64,000 bases of DNA, taken from NCBI GenBank assembly GCA_031394255.1, contig JANMXA010000042.1, forward strand, positions 89,505-153,504, in the 5' to 3' direction. Shown here in pieces: positions 25,076-35,139 of this stretch. Positions within the stretch are counted from its first letter, which is position 1. Each line of letters starts with the position of its first letter. The notes beneath the pieces are model-generated. The model made no database searches, had not been told where the DNA came from, and was given only the letters and a program-made list of their open reading frames with translations. A program made the position numbers and the translations under genes. Source of the DNA: Gemmatimonadota bacterium (GTDB lineage: Bacteria > Gemmatimonadota > Gemmatimonadetes > Gemmatimonadales > GWC2-71-9).

Positions 25076-27714
25076 GGCCGTTGCCCCAGTCCAGCCTTGA
25101 GGGCCGCCAATTGATTGAGGGCCTCCAACGGCGTCAGGCTGTCAACATCCAGGGCCTCGAGCCGGGTCCGAATCGGATCGACCGTCGCGGGCTCCGCGGT
25201 CGCCTTGATCCTCGGCCGACGCTTGCGGGTCTCACCAAAGAAGGCCAGCTGCCCCTCGTCCGGCTTGCTTTCGGTTCCGGGAACCACCCGGTGTTCACCT
25301 TCGAGTGTTTCAAGCACCCCCTGGGCGCGGGCGACGACTTCGGCCGGCAGGCCGGCCAACTGCGCCACGTGGATTCCGTATGAACGATCTGTGCCCCCCG
25401 CCTCGAGCCGGTGAAGGAATACGACCGTGTCGTCGGTTTCGCGGACGGCGACGTTCATGTTCCGGGCGTGCGCCAGCCGTTCGGGCAACTGCATCAGTTC
25501 ATGATAATGGGTGGCAAACATCGTCTTGCAGCCGACCTGGTCATGCAGGTATTCGGTTACAGCCCAAGCAATTGCCACGCCGTCATAGGTTGATGTGCCT
25601 CGTCCGATCTCGTCGAGGAGGACGAGACTCCGTGCCGTGGCACTGTGGAGAATGGCGCTGGTCTCGCTCATTTCGACCATGAAGGTCGATTGGCCTCGGG
25701 CGAGGTTGTCACTGGCCCCAACCCGGGTAAACAGTCGATCGACGATCCCGACGGATGCCTTGGAAGCGGGAACGAACGATCCAAGCTGAGCCATGATGAC
25801 GACAAGGCCGATTTGGCGAAGAATGGTGGACTTGCCGGCCATGTTCGGCCCGGTAACCAACTGGACACGACTTGCCGGCTCGAAGCGCACGTCGTTCGGG
25901 ATAAACGATTCACGCGGCATCAGTCGTTCGATGACGGGGTGACGACACGCCTCAAGCGACAGTTCGGCACCGGTGTGCACCATCGGGCGGACGTACCGAT
26001 GGATGACCGCCGTTTCCGCCAGACCGACAATGACATCGAGCTCCGCGAGTACGTCCGCAGTCTGCTGAATCCTGGCGATGGCCGCCCCAACCTGGCTTCG
26101 AAGGGCGTTGAACAGATCCGCCTCCCGGACCAGCATCCGTTCCTCGGCGCCGAGGACCTTCGCTTCGTATTCCTTGAGTTCGGGGGTCACATACCGTTCG
26201 GCCGTCGCCAGGGTCTGTCGCCGCTCATAGTCCGCCGGGACTCGAGCCGTGTTGTTATGGGTGACCTCGATGAAGTACCCGAAGACCTTGTTGTAAGCCA
26301 CCTTCAGTGATCCAATCCCGGTCCGTTCCCGTTCCCGCTGCTGGATCGAGGCGATGTACTGCCGGCCGCCGTCTCGGAGACCTCGCGCCTCATCCAGGTC
26401 CGGATCAAACCCGGTCCTGATGACGCCTCCCTCGACAAGGGTCACGGGCGGGCGATCCGAGAGGGCCGCTTCCAGTTCGGTCGTGAGGTCCTGGAGGAGG
26501 TCGAGCTTGTCGGCCAACCGTCGGAATGGATGGGTCGCGGCGCTTCCGGGTGGCTGCAGCTGGCCGAGGACTGCCATGATCCGGGGAAGTCGGCGGAACG
26601 AGTCGCGGATGGCGCCAAGTTCTCGCGGGTTCGCCCGCCCGGCGGCCGCGCGGCCCGACAGGCGCTCGAGGTCACGCACGCCGTCCAGGGCTTCCCTGGC
26701 TTCGCCTCGGGGGAGGGGACGTTCGACGGCAGCCTGAACGCCGTCCAACCGGGCTTCGATGGCGGCGACGTCGCGGAGCGGTGACATGATCCACCGCCGG
26801 AGCAGTCGCCCGCCCATCGATGTGACGGTGCGGTCAAGAGCCTCGAGCAAGGTGATGCCGACCGCTCCGGCCCGGAGCGGCTCAGTCAACTCGAGATTTC
26901 TTCGCGTCATCTCATCGAGCCACAGGAATTCCTCGGTCCGCCGCATCACCGGGCGGCGCAGGTGGGCGAGGCCTGCCGGCTGCAGCTCCACGAGGTATCG
27001 AAGCAGGGCTCCGGCGGCGCCGACCGCGGGTCCGTCCGACGGCTCCACACCAAGGCCGTCGAGCGATGCGAGTGCAAATCTGCGGGTCAATTCCTCACTG
27101 CCGAGTTCGGCGTCGAACTCCCAGGCCTCCCGATGGGTCCGCATGATCTCGGGTTCGAGCGCCAGGCCGGTGGTCGCCACCGTCACGACCTCGGCCGGAC
27201 CGTATCGACTCAAGGCCTCGCGCAGCCGATCGCGGGGCGGGCTTTCGAGGAGGAACTCTCCCGTCGACAGATCGATTGCGGCGAGCCCGGCCAAACTCCC
27301 GGGCCGGTTCAGCTCACCGGGATGGGCGGCGACGAGAAAATTGTTGCGACTTCCAGGAAGCCAGTCTTCCTCGATCAACGCCCCCGGCGTCACGGTCTCG
27401 ACGACTTCACGCCGGACGATACCTTTGGCTTTCCGGGGGTCCTCGACTTGTTCGCAGATCGCGACTCGATACCCCCGGGCCACAAATTTCTTCAAGTATT
27501 CGGCCGCCGCCTTAACGGGAACACCGGCCAGCGGGACGCCGTCACCACGGGCCGTCAAGGTGATATTCAGGACGCGCGACGCCACCTCGGCGTCGTCAAA
27601 GAACATCTCGTAGAAGTCCCCCATTCTGAAGAAGAGAATCTTGTCGCGATGCTGCGACTTGATCTCGCGATACTGCTTCAGCAGGGGGGTCCCCTCGGAG
27701 AGGGCCTGACTCAC
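25072..27714 (-). CDS. mutS: DNA mismatch repair protein MutS
   Basis: TPLLKQYREIKSQHRDKILFFRMGDFYEMFFDDA N-terminus, Walker A (GPNMAGKSTILRQ), DEIGRGTSTYDG and ATHYHEL. Confidence 0.97.
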   Translation of the reverse strand: MSQALSEGTPLLKQYREIKSQHRDKILFFRMGDFYEMFFDDAEVASRVLNITLTARGDGVPLAGVPVKAAAEYLKKFVARGYRVAICEQVEDPRKAKGIVRREVVETVTPGALIEEDWLPGSRNNFLVAAHPGELNRPGSLAGLAAIDLSTGEFLLESPPRDRLREALSRYGPAEVVTVATTGLALEPEIMRTHREAWEFDAELGSEELTRRFALASLDGLGVEPSDGPAVGAAGALLRYLVELQPAGLAHLRRPVMRRTEEFLWLDEMTRRNLELTEPLRAGAVGITLLEALDRTVTSMGGRLLRRWIMSPLRDVAAIEARLDGVQAAVERPLPRGEAREALDGVRDLERLSGRAAAGRANPRELGAIRDSFRRLPRIMAVLGQLQPPGSAATHPFRRLADKLDLLQDLTTELEAALSDRPPVTLVEGGVIRTGFDPDLDEARGLRDGGRQYIASIQQRERERTGIGSLKVAYNKVFGYFIEVTHNNTARVPADYERRQTLATAERYVTPELKEYEAKVLGAEERMLVREADLFNALRSQVGAAIARIQQTADVLAELDVIVGLAETAVIHRYVRPMVHTGAELSLEACRHPVIERLMPRESFIPNDVRFEPASRVQLVTGPNMAGKSTILRQIGLVVIMAQLGSFVPASKASVGIVDRLFTRVGASDNLARGQSTFMVEMSETSAILHSATARSLVLLDEIGRGTSTYDGVAIAWAVTEYLHDQVGCKTMFATHYHELMQLPERLAHARNMNVAVRETDDTVVFLHRLEAGGTDRSYGIHVAQLAGLPAEVVARAQGVLETLEGEHRVVPGTESKPDEGQLAFFGETRKRRPRIKATAEPATVDPIRTRLEALDVDSLTPLEALNQLAALKAGLGQRP

Positions 27715-28568
27715 TTGTCGGCGATCAGAAAAGGTTTTCCTCCGAGTTTGGCTCGAATTCGGCCGATAACGGCCTGAGCCTCGACTCGACTTGCGAAGGG
27801 CGCAGTTCGGACCTTGTGAAAGCCGGCTTCCTTGATCACCGCGGCCGCGATTCCCATGCGCTTCAGTGCGGCAATCGCCTCGTCGGCCCGGACTCTGGTT
27901 GGCGCCGCCACCACCTGGATCCGAAAGCCTTTGGCCGGTGGCGGAACCGTCCCGTTCCTGGAGGTGGAGTCTAGTGGTATCGATATGGCTCGGGCCGCTG
28001 AATCGGCGTTTTGGGTCGCGATCGCGGTACAGCGCTGCCGCTGGTACTCCAGTTGATTACGCAGTTCGACGTCGTCTCCCGGCGCCTTGAGGCCGAGGTC
28101 AACCATTCGGCAGGCCTCGGCGCCATTCCGCAGGTCGGCGGCGGCTCGAGCTCCCCAGAACGAGGCCACGGGTACCAAGGGACTCATCGGATAGTCGGCC
28201 AACAGGCGGGCTGCCTGCGCTGAGGCACCGGCGGGGTTGGCGTTGGCGTATTCCACCTGAGCGAGCAGCAAGAGGGCGTCATCGGCCCATTCCGATGCGG
28301 CGTACTCGACGATGACCCGTCGGAGCGAGATCCGACGGTCGTGCTCCGTAGCTGCCACGACGCCCAATGCGTAGAGGATTTCAGCGTATGAAGAATCGGC
28401 CGGTGGGGTCGCCGCCATCAGGCGGCGGACCACCGCGCGGGCGGAGTCGGGAAGGCCGTCCTGGGCCAGACGAACGGCGGCAACGAGCCGGGCGTCCTTC
28501 TGGCCGAAGGCCGGCCGGGTTGCCGCAAAGCCAAGAAATACGAGGACGCCGAGCCAACGAATGGTCAT
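27711..28568 (-). CDS. SPOR domain-containing protein with helical-repeat N-terminal region
   Basis: C-terminal SPOR-like segment (GFRIQVVAAPTRVRADEAIAALKRMGIAAAVIKEAGFHKVRTAPF). Signal peptide from ATG 28568 (MTIRWLGVLVFLGFAATRPAFG), which forms an ATGA overlap with the holA stop. Confidence 0.7.
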   Translation of the reverse strand: MTIRWLGVLVFLGFAATRPAFGQKDARLVAAVRLAQDGLPDSARAVVRRLMAATPPADSSYAEILYALGVVAATEHDRRISLRRVIVEYAASEWADDALLLLAQVEYANANPAGASAQAARLLADYPMSPLVPVASFWGARAAADLRNGAEACRMVDLGLKAPGDDVELRNQLEYQRQRCTAIATQNADSAARAISIPLDSTSRNGTVPPPAKGFRIQVVAAPTRVRADEAIAALKRMGIAAAVIKEAGFHKVRTAPFASRVEAQAVIGRIRAKLGGKPFLIADK

Positions 28569-29617
28569 GCGGCCGCCTGCCATGGAACGGTGAGCTCCAT
28601 TATGAGATCGAAGAGGATGGATTGTTCATCGGCAACCGTCGTGCTCTTCAGGCGGGTGTCCGCGTTACGGAGGGTCTTGAGGCATCGCTCGATCCGGCTG
28701 CGGGACCAGGCCGGCGCCAATCGACTCCAGTCCGCGGCGGCAGCGTCATATGACAGTCGGAACGGCCGGGCCCGAAACAAAGACGCCTTGATCGCCTGAA
28801 ACAGCTGGGGGCCGCGGCTTCCCTTGTCGTGGTGCGCTCGGGCCAATCCGATCCCGACGACGCTGGTTCCGAGGAGGCCAACCAGTGACACGCCACTGAC
28901 GCCGCTCTGGGCCAGCAGGTGGGGGAGCATGGCTGCGGCTCGCCCGGCCTCGCCACGAAGGACCGTGTCCCGCCAGTCAAACTGGGTCTCGCCATGTCGA
29001 ACGCCCAGAAGATCGGCAACGCGGTCCATCGTCAGCGCCGCACCGCCCCCGAGCCCCGCCAACTTGTCGAGTTCGGATCCCAGTTCGCCAAGGCGGGCAT
29101 CAGTCACCCGGACCATGTGAAGTGCCGCATCATCTTCAAGTGCAATCCCACGGCGCGCGGCCTGGAGTAACAGCCATTTCTTGGCTCGTTCGGGTGGCAG
29201 TGGGTCGGCTTCGACGAGGGTGGTCCGGCCGGCCAGTTCGCCATCGACCTCGAGGTCGGTGCCACCCTGTACCAGCAACAGAATCGTCTCGGCCGCAGGG
29301 CGCTCGAGATATCTGAGGACGGCTGCCTTGGCCTTCGCCCGCTTGTTCCAGGCCTCGACATCCCGGATGACGACAATCCGCCGGTCCGCCATCATCGGCA
29401 GGGTGTTGCACAGGGTTTCGGCCGTTTCGGGGTCGAGATCGACGGCCGATCGCTGGTCGAAATTGAAGTCCTTGAGGGAGGGGTCGAGTGCCCGGGCGAT
29501 AATCTCTTCGATCGCCTCGTTCTTGAGGACGTCCTCCGCGCCGACGAAGTAGACGGCGTTGGGGATCTCGCCCTTTCGGATGGCCTTGAAGAAGGGGTCG
29601 AATGCCAAGCTCGTCAT
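28565..29617 (-). CDS. holA: DNA polymerase III subunit delta
   Basis: ~350 aa with N-terminal VYFVGAEDVLKNEAIEEI and a C-terminal helical domain typical of delta. Confidence 0.8.
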   Translation of the reverse strand: MTSLAFDPFFKAIRKGEIPNAVYFVGAEDVLKNEAIEEIIARALDPSLKDFNFDQRSAVDLDPETAETLCNTLPMMADRRIVVIRDVEAWNKRAKAKAAVLRYLERPAAETILLLVQGGTDLEVDGELAGRTTLVEADPLPPERAKKWLLLQAARRGIALEDDAALHMVRVTDARLGELGSELDKLAGLGGGAALTMDRVADLLGVRHGETQFDWRDTVLRGEAGRAAAMLPHLLAQSGVSGVSLVGLLGTSVVGIGLARAHHDKGSRGPQLFQAIKASLFRARPFRLSYDAAAADWSRLAPAWSRSRIERCLKTLRNADTRLKSTTVADEQSILFDLIMELTVPWQAAA

Positions 29618-29697
29618 GGGGTTCCGCAGGTCGGGGTCGTCGTGTGACGGGAAACTTAAGCCCCCGACCCGGGTTGGACGAGCAGGGAGCCGCAGTG

Positions 29698-30252
29698 CTA
29701 GGCCCTGAGGAAGGAGTTGACGAACATCAGCGCGGCAAGGGACTTCCCGTCCCGGATTTCGTGATGCCGAATCATCCGTCCGATCGCCGACCAGGCGAAC
29801 TCGTGTACGGTCATGAATTCGTCCTGATCACGATGGGTCCCACACGGCGACAATCCAGTGGCGAGGTAGAGGTGGATGGATTCATCAGTGAAGCCGGGCG
29901 CCGTCAGAATACTGGTGAGCAAATCGAGTCGCCCCGCCGAATAGCCAGCCTCTTCGCGGAGCTCTCGATGGGCGCAATCGTCGGGGGTCTCGCCCGGGCC
30001 GAGCGTTCCGGCAGGGATCTCCCAGATGAAGCCATCGGCCGCATGTCGGAACTGGCGAACCAGAATGACCCGCGGATCCGGGTCTGAGAGCTGGTCGAGC
30101 AGAGGCACGATCGCCGCCGCGCCAGGGTGGCGCACCATGTCGAGGGTTCCGGTCGACCCATCGGGGAACTGGACGAGTTCCTGCCCGACTCTGATGACCC
30201 GTCCGGTATGGATGTGTTGGCTTGAAATGAGCATAGTAGTCCTAGCGACCAC
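29698..30252 (-). CDS. NUDIX hydrolase (ADP-ribose pyrophosphatase-like)
   Basis: Nudix box GTLGPGETPDDCAHRELREEAGY. An alternative start is ATG 30234. Confidence 0.85.
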   Translation of the reverse strand: MVARTTMLISSQHIHTGRVIRVGQELVQFPDGSTGTLDMVRHPGAAAIVPLLDQLSDPDPRVILVRQFRHAADGFIWEIPAGTLGPGETPDDCAHRELREEAGYSAGRLDLLTSILTAPGFTDESIHLYLATGLSPCGTHRDQDEFMTVHEFAWSAIGRMIRHHEIRDGKSLAALMFVNSFLRA

Positions 30253-30835
30253 TTCTATGGAGACTGCGAACCATGGCGATCGGCAGTTTGAGACCTTCGC
30301 GGAGGAAGTACAAGAATTCGGTCGGGCTCCCCGTGGTAATCGGGCTCATCGGGGCCGGGGTCGTCTTGGCGTAGAGGCCCAGGCGGGCCGCTTCAAACCG
30401 GAGCCGAGCGAGGTGAAAACCATCGCTTACGAGCAAGACTGACCGAACGTGCCTTCGAGATGACCAGGTTCCGACGGCGGTCATCGTTTCCTCGGTTGTC
30501 TGACCCGTTGGCAGGGAGACGACAACACTGTCCGCCACGCCCGCGGCGGCCAGGTAACGACGACTGACTTCCGCTTCGCTTTCGGTGTCACCCGGATGGG
30601 TGCCGCCGGTAACCACGATCGTCGGCGCCAATCGGGCTCGCAGCAACTGAAGGCCATGGTCGACTCGGGCCCGCAAGACCGGCGACGGCCGTCCGTTGTA
30701 GTGCGCGGCTCCGAGGACGATGATGGCATCGACCGGTACCCGTTGGTCCTGGCGGCTGACGAACCAGACCCAACTCACCGACGTGGCGTAGGTGACGACG
30801 GCGATAATCGCCAGCCAGGCCCCGCGCGACTTCAC
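30242..30835 (-). CDS. YdcF/DUF218 family (ElyC/SanA-like) protein
   Basis: N-terminal TM helix, then DAIIVLGAAHYNGRPSPVLRARVDHG...IVVTGG, typical of DUF218. Confidence 0.75.
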   Translation of the reverse strand: MKSRGAWLAIIAVVTYATSVSWVWFVSRQDQRVPVDAIIVLGAAHYNGRPSPVLRARVDHGLQLLRARLAPTIVVTGGTHPGDTESEAEVSRRYLAAAGVADSVVVSLPTGQTTEETMTAVGTWSSRRHVRSVLLVSDGFHLARLRFEAARLGLYAKTTPAPMSPITTGSPTEFLYFLREGLKLPIAMVRSLHRSGR

Positions 30836-32226
30836 AGGACGAACGACTCACCGAACCGGGGGATATCGACCTGACCGACGCCGCTTTCCTTGAGAATGCC
30901 GGCCATGGCCAGCGCAGCCTCGGGCTCGCCGTGCACGACGAACGCCCGCTTAACGGGGCCACCGAGCGCCTTGATCCAAGTCCGGAGCTCGGTCCGGTCG
31001 GCATGTGCGGAATACCCGCCGATCGTCTCGACCTCCGCTCGCCGGGTGACCATCTCGCCGAAGATCTTGACGTGATCGTTCCCTTCCTGGATCCGGCGTC
31101 CGAGGGTGTGTTCCGCCTGAAAACCGACAAAGAGAACGCAGTTGCGATGATCGCCAATGTTATTGGCGAGGTGGTGGAGAATCCGTCCCGATTCCGCCAT
31201 GCCGGACGCCGCGATGATGATGGCGGGGCCATTGATCGAGTTGAGGGCTTTGGAGTCGGCGACATCCCGGACGTATTTGACCAGGGAAAAGTCGAAAATC
31301 CTGTCTGTTCGCTCCAGCATCTTTTCGCGGCGGTCGAAAACCTCCGGGTGCATCCGGAATACCGTGGTGGCATCCACCGCCAAGGGGCTGTCGACGTAGA
31401 TCGGTACCGACGGGATCGATCCAGCCCGGACCATCTGGTGCAAGGCGTACACCAGTTCCTGGGTCCGGCCGACCGCAAATGACGGAATGAGGATCTTACC
31501 GCCCCGTCCCGCGACCTTCCGGACAATCTCCGCCAGGTGCTGCTCTGCCTGCACTGTTGATTCGTGGTCGCGATTGCCGTAGGTGGATTCGACGATCAAC
31601 GTGTCGATGGGTCCTACCGGCGGATCCGGATCCCGGATGATCGGCAGGCCGTAGCGTCCGATGTCGCCTGAGAACACCAGCCGGTGACCGCCGTCTTCGG
31701 TAAGGCGCATGTCAACGGACGCCGAACCCAGAATGTGTCCCGCCTCCCTGAACTCGAATGCAAGGTGTCTTCGGAGGTGGTTGACCCGGCGATACGGCTG
31801 GCCGACCATCAGCTCCTGCACGGCGATGGCATCCGCCAGATTGTACAGGGGCTCGCTCTCGGGACCTTTCGGCCTGGCGTGCCGAGCCAGAAACTCCGCG
31901 TCCTTGATCTGGATATGGGCCGCGTCCGGCAGCATGATAGCGCAGAGATCCCGGGTCGCCGGCGTCGCATAGATCGGCCCGTGGAACCCGTGCTTCACCA
32001 GAAGTGGCAGACGTCCGGAATGGTCAATATGGGCGTGGCTCAACACGATGCTATCGACCCGGCGGGGGTCAAACGGAAGCTCGGCGTTCTTCTTTGCCGC
32101 CTCGGCCCGGCGGCCCTGAAACATTCCGGCGTCGAGCAGGATTTGTGCACCGGCCGCCTCGAGCAGGTGCATCGAGCCCGTCACCTCTCCCGCAGCCCCC
32201 CAAAACGTCAGGCGTATTCCAGTCAC
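30832..32226 (-). CDS. MBL-fold, beta-CASP RNA-metabolising metallo-hydrolase
   Basis: HAHIDHSGRLP metal motif, and ~460 aa length with beta-CASP-type middle and C-terminal segments (STYGNRDH, YSAHAD). Confidence 0.85.
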   Translation of the reverse strand: MTGIRLTFWGAAGEVTGSMHLLEAAGAQILLDAGMFQGRRAEAAKKNAELPFDPRRVDSIVLSHAHIDHSGRLPLLVKHGFHGPIYATPATRDLCAIMLPDAAHIQIKDAEFLARHARPKGPESEPLYNLADAIAVQELMVGQPYRRVNHLRRHLAFEFREAGHILGSASVDMRLTEDGGHRLVFSGDIGRYGLPIIRDPDPPVGPIDTLIVESTYGNRDHESTVQAEQHLAEIVRKVAGRGGKILIPSFAVGRTQELVYALHQMVRAGSIPSVPIYVDSPLAVDATTVFRMHPEVFDRREKMLERTDRIFDFSLVKYVRDVADSKALNSINGPAIIIAASGMAESGRILHHLANNIGDHRNCVLFVGFQAEHTLGRRIQEGNDHVKIFGEMVTRRAEVETIGGYSAHADRTELRTWIKALGGPVKRAFVVHGEPEAALAMAGILKESGVGQVDIPRFGESFVL

Positions 32227-32256
32227 GGCCGAATCCTCTCGCCTTTCGGTGAAAAT

Positions 32257-32901
32257 CTATCGGGTCCCAAACAGGCGATCGCCGGCATCGCCGAGCCCCG
32301 GAAGAATGTAGCCCGACTCATTCAACTGCCGGTCAAGGGCGGCCGCAAACACCGGGACGTCGGGATGCGCTTTCGCCAGCGCCCGCACTCCTTCGGGGGC
32401 GGCCACGAGGCAGAGCAGGCGAATCTGGCGGATCCCCGCCCCCTTGAGTTTCCCGATCGCATCCACGGCCGACCCCCCGGTTGCGACCATGGGGTCAAGG
32501 AGGAACACATCCCGCGATTGGGTCGCCTCGGGAACTTTGAAGTAATAGCTGACCGGCTCCAGGGTGGAATGGTCGCGATAGAGACCGATGTGGCCGACCC
32601 GGGCCGAGGGGATCAACTGCAAGATTCCGTCCACCATACCTAAGCCGGCCCTTAGAATCGGGACCAGAACCAGCTTCTTGCCAGCCAGGCGTTGGCCGGT
32701 CATCGGTTCGAGCGGGGTTGCGACCGCCACCGGTTCCGTGGGGAGGTCGCGGGTAACTTCGTAGGTCATGAGCATCGTGATTTCCGCCACCAGTTGGCGG
32801 AAGTCCTTCGACGCCGTGCCAATGCTCCGAAGCAGGGCGAGCTTATGTTGAATGAGAGGGTGGTCCACGACGGTCAGATTGGAATGGTCAGGGTGTGCCA
32901 T
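32257..32901 (-). CDS. upp: uracil phosphoribosyltransferase
   Basis: [33 protein letters not shown] and [16 protein letters not shown] motifs. Confidence 0.95.
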   Translation of the reverse strand: MAHPDHSNLTVVDHPLIQHKLALLRSIGTASKDFRQLVAEITMLMTYEVTRDLPTEPVAVATPLEPMTGQRLAGKKLVLVPILRAGLGMVDGILQLIPSARVGHIGLYRDHSTLEPVSYYFKVPEATQSRDVFLLDPMVATGGSAVDAIGKLKGAGIRQIRLLCLVAAPEGVRALAKAHPDVPVFAAALDRQLNESGYILPGLGDAGDRLFGTR

Positions 32902-32983
32902 GGCCGAAATATGGAGTCACCCGCACGATGCGGCGAGGGGGAAACGCAGCCCTGCCGCTCACGGTCAACCTCAAGAGGTCACA

Positions 32984-33964
32984 ATGCGAATCAGTAGGTG
33001 GATCGGGATGGTGGGAGTCGTGCTTGCGGGGCCGTTGGCCGCCCAGCCGAATCCATTCAAGGTGCCGAAGATGAACATCAAGGCGCATGTCACCTATCAG
33101 TTGGCCGGGGACCAGAAGGGAACCGCGGAGACGGCGATCGATGGTGATCGGTTCATGACCAAGACGCAGTCCTCCATCAAGATGATGGGCAAGGAAACCA
33201 AGGCGAACCACTGGTCGCTGGTGACGGCGGACTCGATGTACAGCGCCGACCTGGACAAGAAAGAAGGCTGGGTTTCGCCCAACTTGCTGCCGTACTACGC
33301 CAAGGCCTACGACCAGCTCGATGGCGCCGGAAAGCAGCGCTTCCACTCCAACATCAAAGAGATGGGGGCGATGATGTCGAAGGCGTTCGACATCAACTCC
33401 TTCGGCTCGCTCGGCGACAAGTTGGGCGAAGAGACGATCGCCGGTGAAGTCTGCGAGAACCGCCAGTTTGCCAGTTTCACGATTTGCACCATGAAGAAGG
33501 GGCCACGACTTTCCCTCAAGACCACCGGCGACCTGCTCTGCTTCCGGTTCGAACAAACGGCGACTTCGGTGTCGCTCGGTGCGCCCCCTTCATCGGCCTG
33601 GGAGCCGCCGGCGGGGGTGACGTTCAAGCCCATGTCGATGGAAAACGCCGATTCGGGGGCGCGCGGCTTTGTGGGCTATTTCGCGAGCCAGCAACTCGCC
33701 GATTCCCTTGCCGCTTCCAAGGCCAAGCTGGAGCAGGCGAAGGCGGATGCCTCCGCCAAGGGACAGCCGACCGAGATGACGCCGGAGCAGAAGGAGCAGG
33801 CGAAGCAGGCCTGCGAGATGCTCAAGAATTTCGATCTCGGGAAGGCGATGTCGAACGCGCTGAACCAAATGAAAAAGGAGCTCGGCAATGCCGCGGTCGA
33901 CGCGGCCAAGCAGGGGGCCACGAACAAATTGAAAGGGCTGTTCAAGAAGCCCCGGATTCCCTAG
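32984..33964 (+). CDS. hypothetical secreted protein with Lys/Gln/Ala-rich helical C-terminal tail
   Basis: ATG 32984 and signal peptide MRISRWIGMVGVVLAGPLAAQ. No recognised family. Visibly less GC-rich and more Lys/Met-rich than its neighbours. Confidence 0.6.
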   Translation: MRISRWIGMVGVVLAGPLAAQPNPFKVPKMNIKAHVTYQLAGDQKGTAETAIDGDRFMTKTQSSIKMMGKETKANHWSLVTADSMYSADLDKKEGWVSPNLLPYYAKAYDQLDGAGKQRFHSNIKEMGAMMSKAFDINSFGSLGDKLGEETIAGEVCENRQFASFTICTMKKGPRLSLKTTGDLLCFRFEQTATSVSLGAPPSSAWEPPAGVTFKPMSMENADSGARGFVGYFASQQLADSLAASKAKLEQAKADASAKGQPTEMTPEQKEQAKQACEMLKNFDLGKAMSNALNQMKKELGNAAVDAAKQGATNKLKGLFKKPRIP

Positions 33965-33986
33965 GACCACCCGGGGCGATCAACAC

Positions 33987-34012
33987 GAGCCGGGGGCCCA
34001 GGTCCCCGGCTC
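33987..34012. terminator. bidirectional hairpin between convergent genes
   Basis: GAGCCGGGG / CCCCGGCTC, a perfect 9-bp stem with an 8-nt loop, between the stops at 33964 (+) and 34016 (-). Confidence 0.45.
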
Positions 34013-34015
34013 TCC

Positions 34016-34908
34016 TTATCGCAACAGGGTTCGGACCGAATCCAGGCTACCGTCGTTCGGGGCGGGGTGGAGCCGGAGCAGGTGGGCCAGCATCGCGTAC
34101 ACATGGATGTTCTGGAACGGAGGCGCGACGGCTCCGGGTCGAAAGGCCGGCCCCACCCCCACCAGAATCCCGGCCATCGACGACAGTTCGTTGTCGTAGC
34201 CGTGGTTTCCGAGGTCGGTGAGAGGCCTGGCGGCCCACTGGGCCCGGGTGGAGATCGTCCATCCGTCGTCTGCGATGGCGACGAGCGGCGTGATGCGGCT
34301 GTTGTCGCGAAAGCGGAATCGCGTTGGGATCTCCGCCCGGCGGTAGACGGCCAGGTGGGGGTGGGCGTGGGAAAGACGCTGAAGGATCAACTCCGCCCGC
34401 CCGGCCCAGGGGTCGATGGTGGTGACCGGAGCGAGGTCGACAATCTCGCCGGGCTCCAGGAGTGCATAGTCGTCAAGAAAGATGACTCGATTCGGTGAAA
34501 TGCCGGTCATGCCGTGGTCGGATACGACGACAAGGTTGGTCCGATCCGCCAAGCCGAGGGAGACCAGGCCGTCGACTAGCCGTCCCAAGGTAGAATCTAC
34601 AGCCGCGATGGCCGAGTCCACGGCTGGGTGGTCGGGACCGTAGCGGTGTCCCATCACGTCAACTGGTTCAAATACACCATGACCAGATCAGGTCGTTCAT
34701 CGGCCGGCAACGCCAACCATTGGAGCACCTGGTCCAGACGAGCGGCTGAAGGCAGGTTGGCATCGAAGGGTCGCCACAGATTGGGCCGGAGACCGTTGAA
34801 GCCGACCTCGGAACCAACCCAGAACATGGCTGCGGACCGAAGCCCCTGTTTGCGATGACCGCCAATAATGTCAGCTAGTCGATGAAGAGGCCAGTATCGC
34901 ATTGGCAT
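34016..34908 (-). pseudogene. ectonucleotide pyrophosphatase/phosphodiesterase (NPP, alkaline-phosphatase superfamily) remnant: N-terminally truncated and frameshifted
   Basis: Two abutting ORFs (34654..34908 and 34016..34657). Joining them across a 1-nt shift restores the family motif YLNQ-VDVMGHRYGPD (Y-x3-V-D-x2-G-H-x2-G-P). The N-terminal ~130-150 aa, carrying the Thr nucleophile and first metal ligands, have no room because tRNA-Phe starts at 34979. Confidence 0.75.
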
Positions 34909-34937
34909 GTATAGCGTTAGGGACTTCGAACGGGGGC

Positions 34938-34966
34938 TAGATCACCGGATCATTCGGGGGTATATT
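34938..34966 (+). promoter_or_regulatory. possible tRNA-Phe promoter
   Basis: TATATT at 34961-34966, 12 nt upstream of the mature tRNA 5' end. A weak -35-like TAGATC sits at 34938-34943 (17-nt spacer). Confidence 0.3.
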
Positions 34967-34978
34967 GTTCGCCCTTCC

Positions 34979-35051
<73 letters not shown>

Positions 35052-35067
35052 TTGCAGGTTCGACCCG

Positions 35068-35108
35068 AGGGACTCCTGGTACAGCGCCAAGGAGTCCCTT
35101 GTCGTTTA
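35068..35108 (+). terminator. rho-independent terminator after tRNA-Phe
   Basis: AGGGACTCC / GGAGTCCCT 9-bp stem (extendable with one bulge) followed by TTGTCGTTT. Confidence 0.55.
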
Positions 35109-35139
35109 CCCCTCCTACCGCCGATGGACCGCCGTTTCT

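Noticed and set aside
29618-29697. Possible structured element between NUDIX and holA (GGTCGGGG ... CCCCGACC).
   Set aside because: The stem is 8 bp with a ~25-nt loop and no U tract. It cannot be distinguished from chance complementarity in GC-rich DNA.
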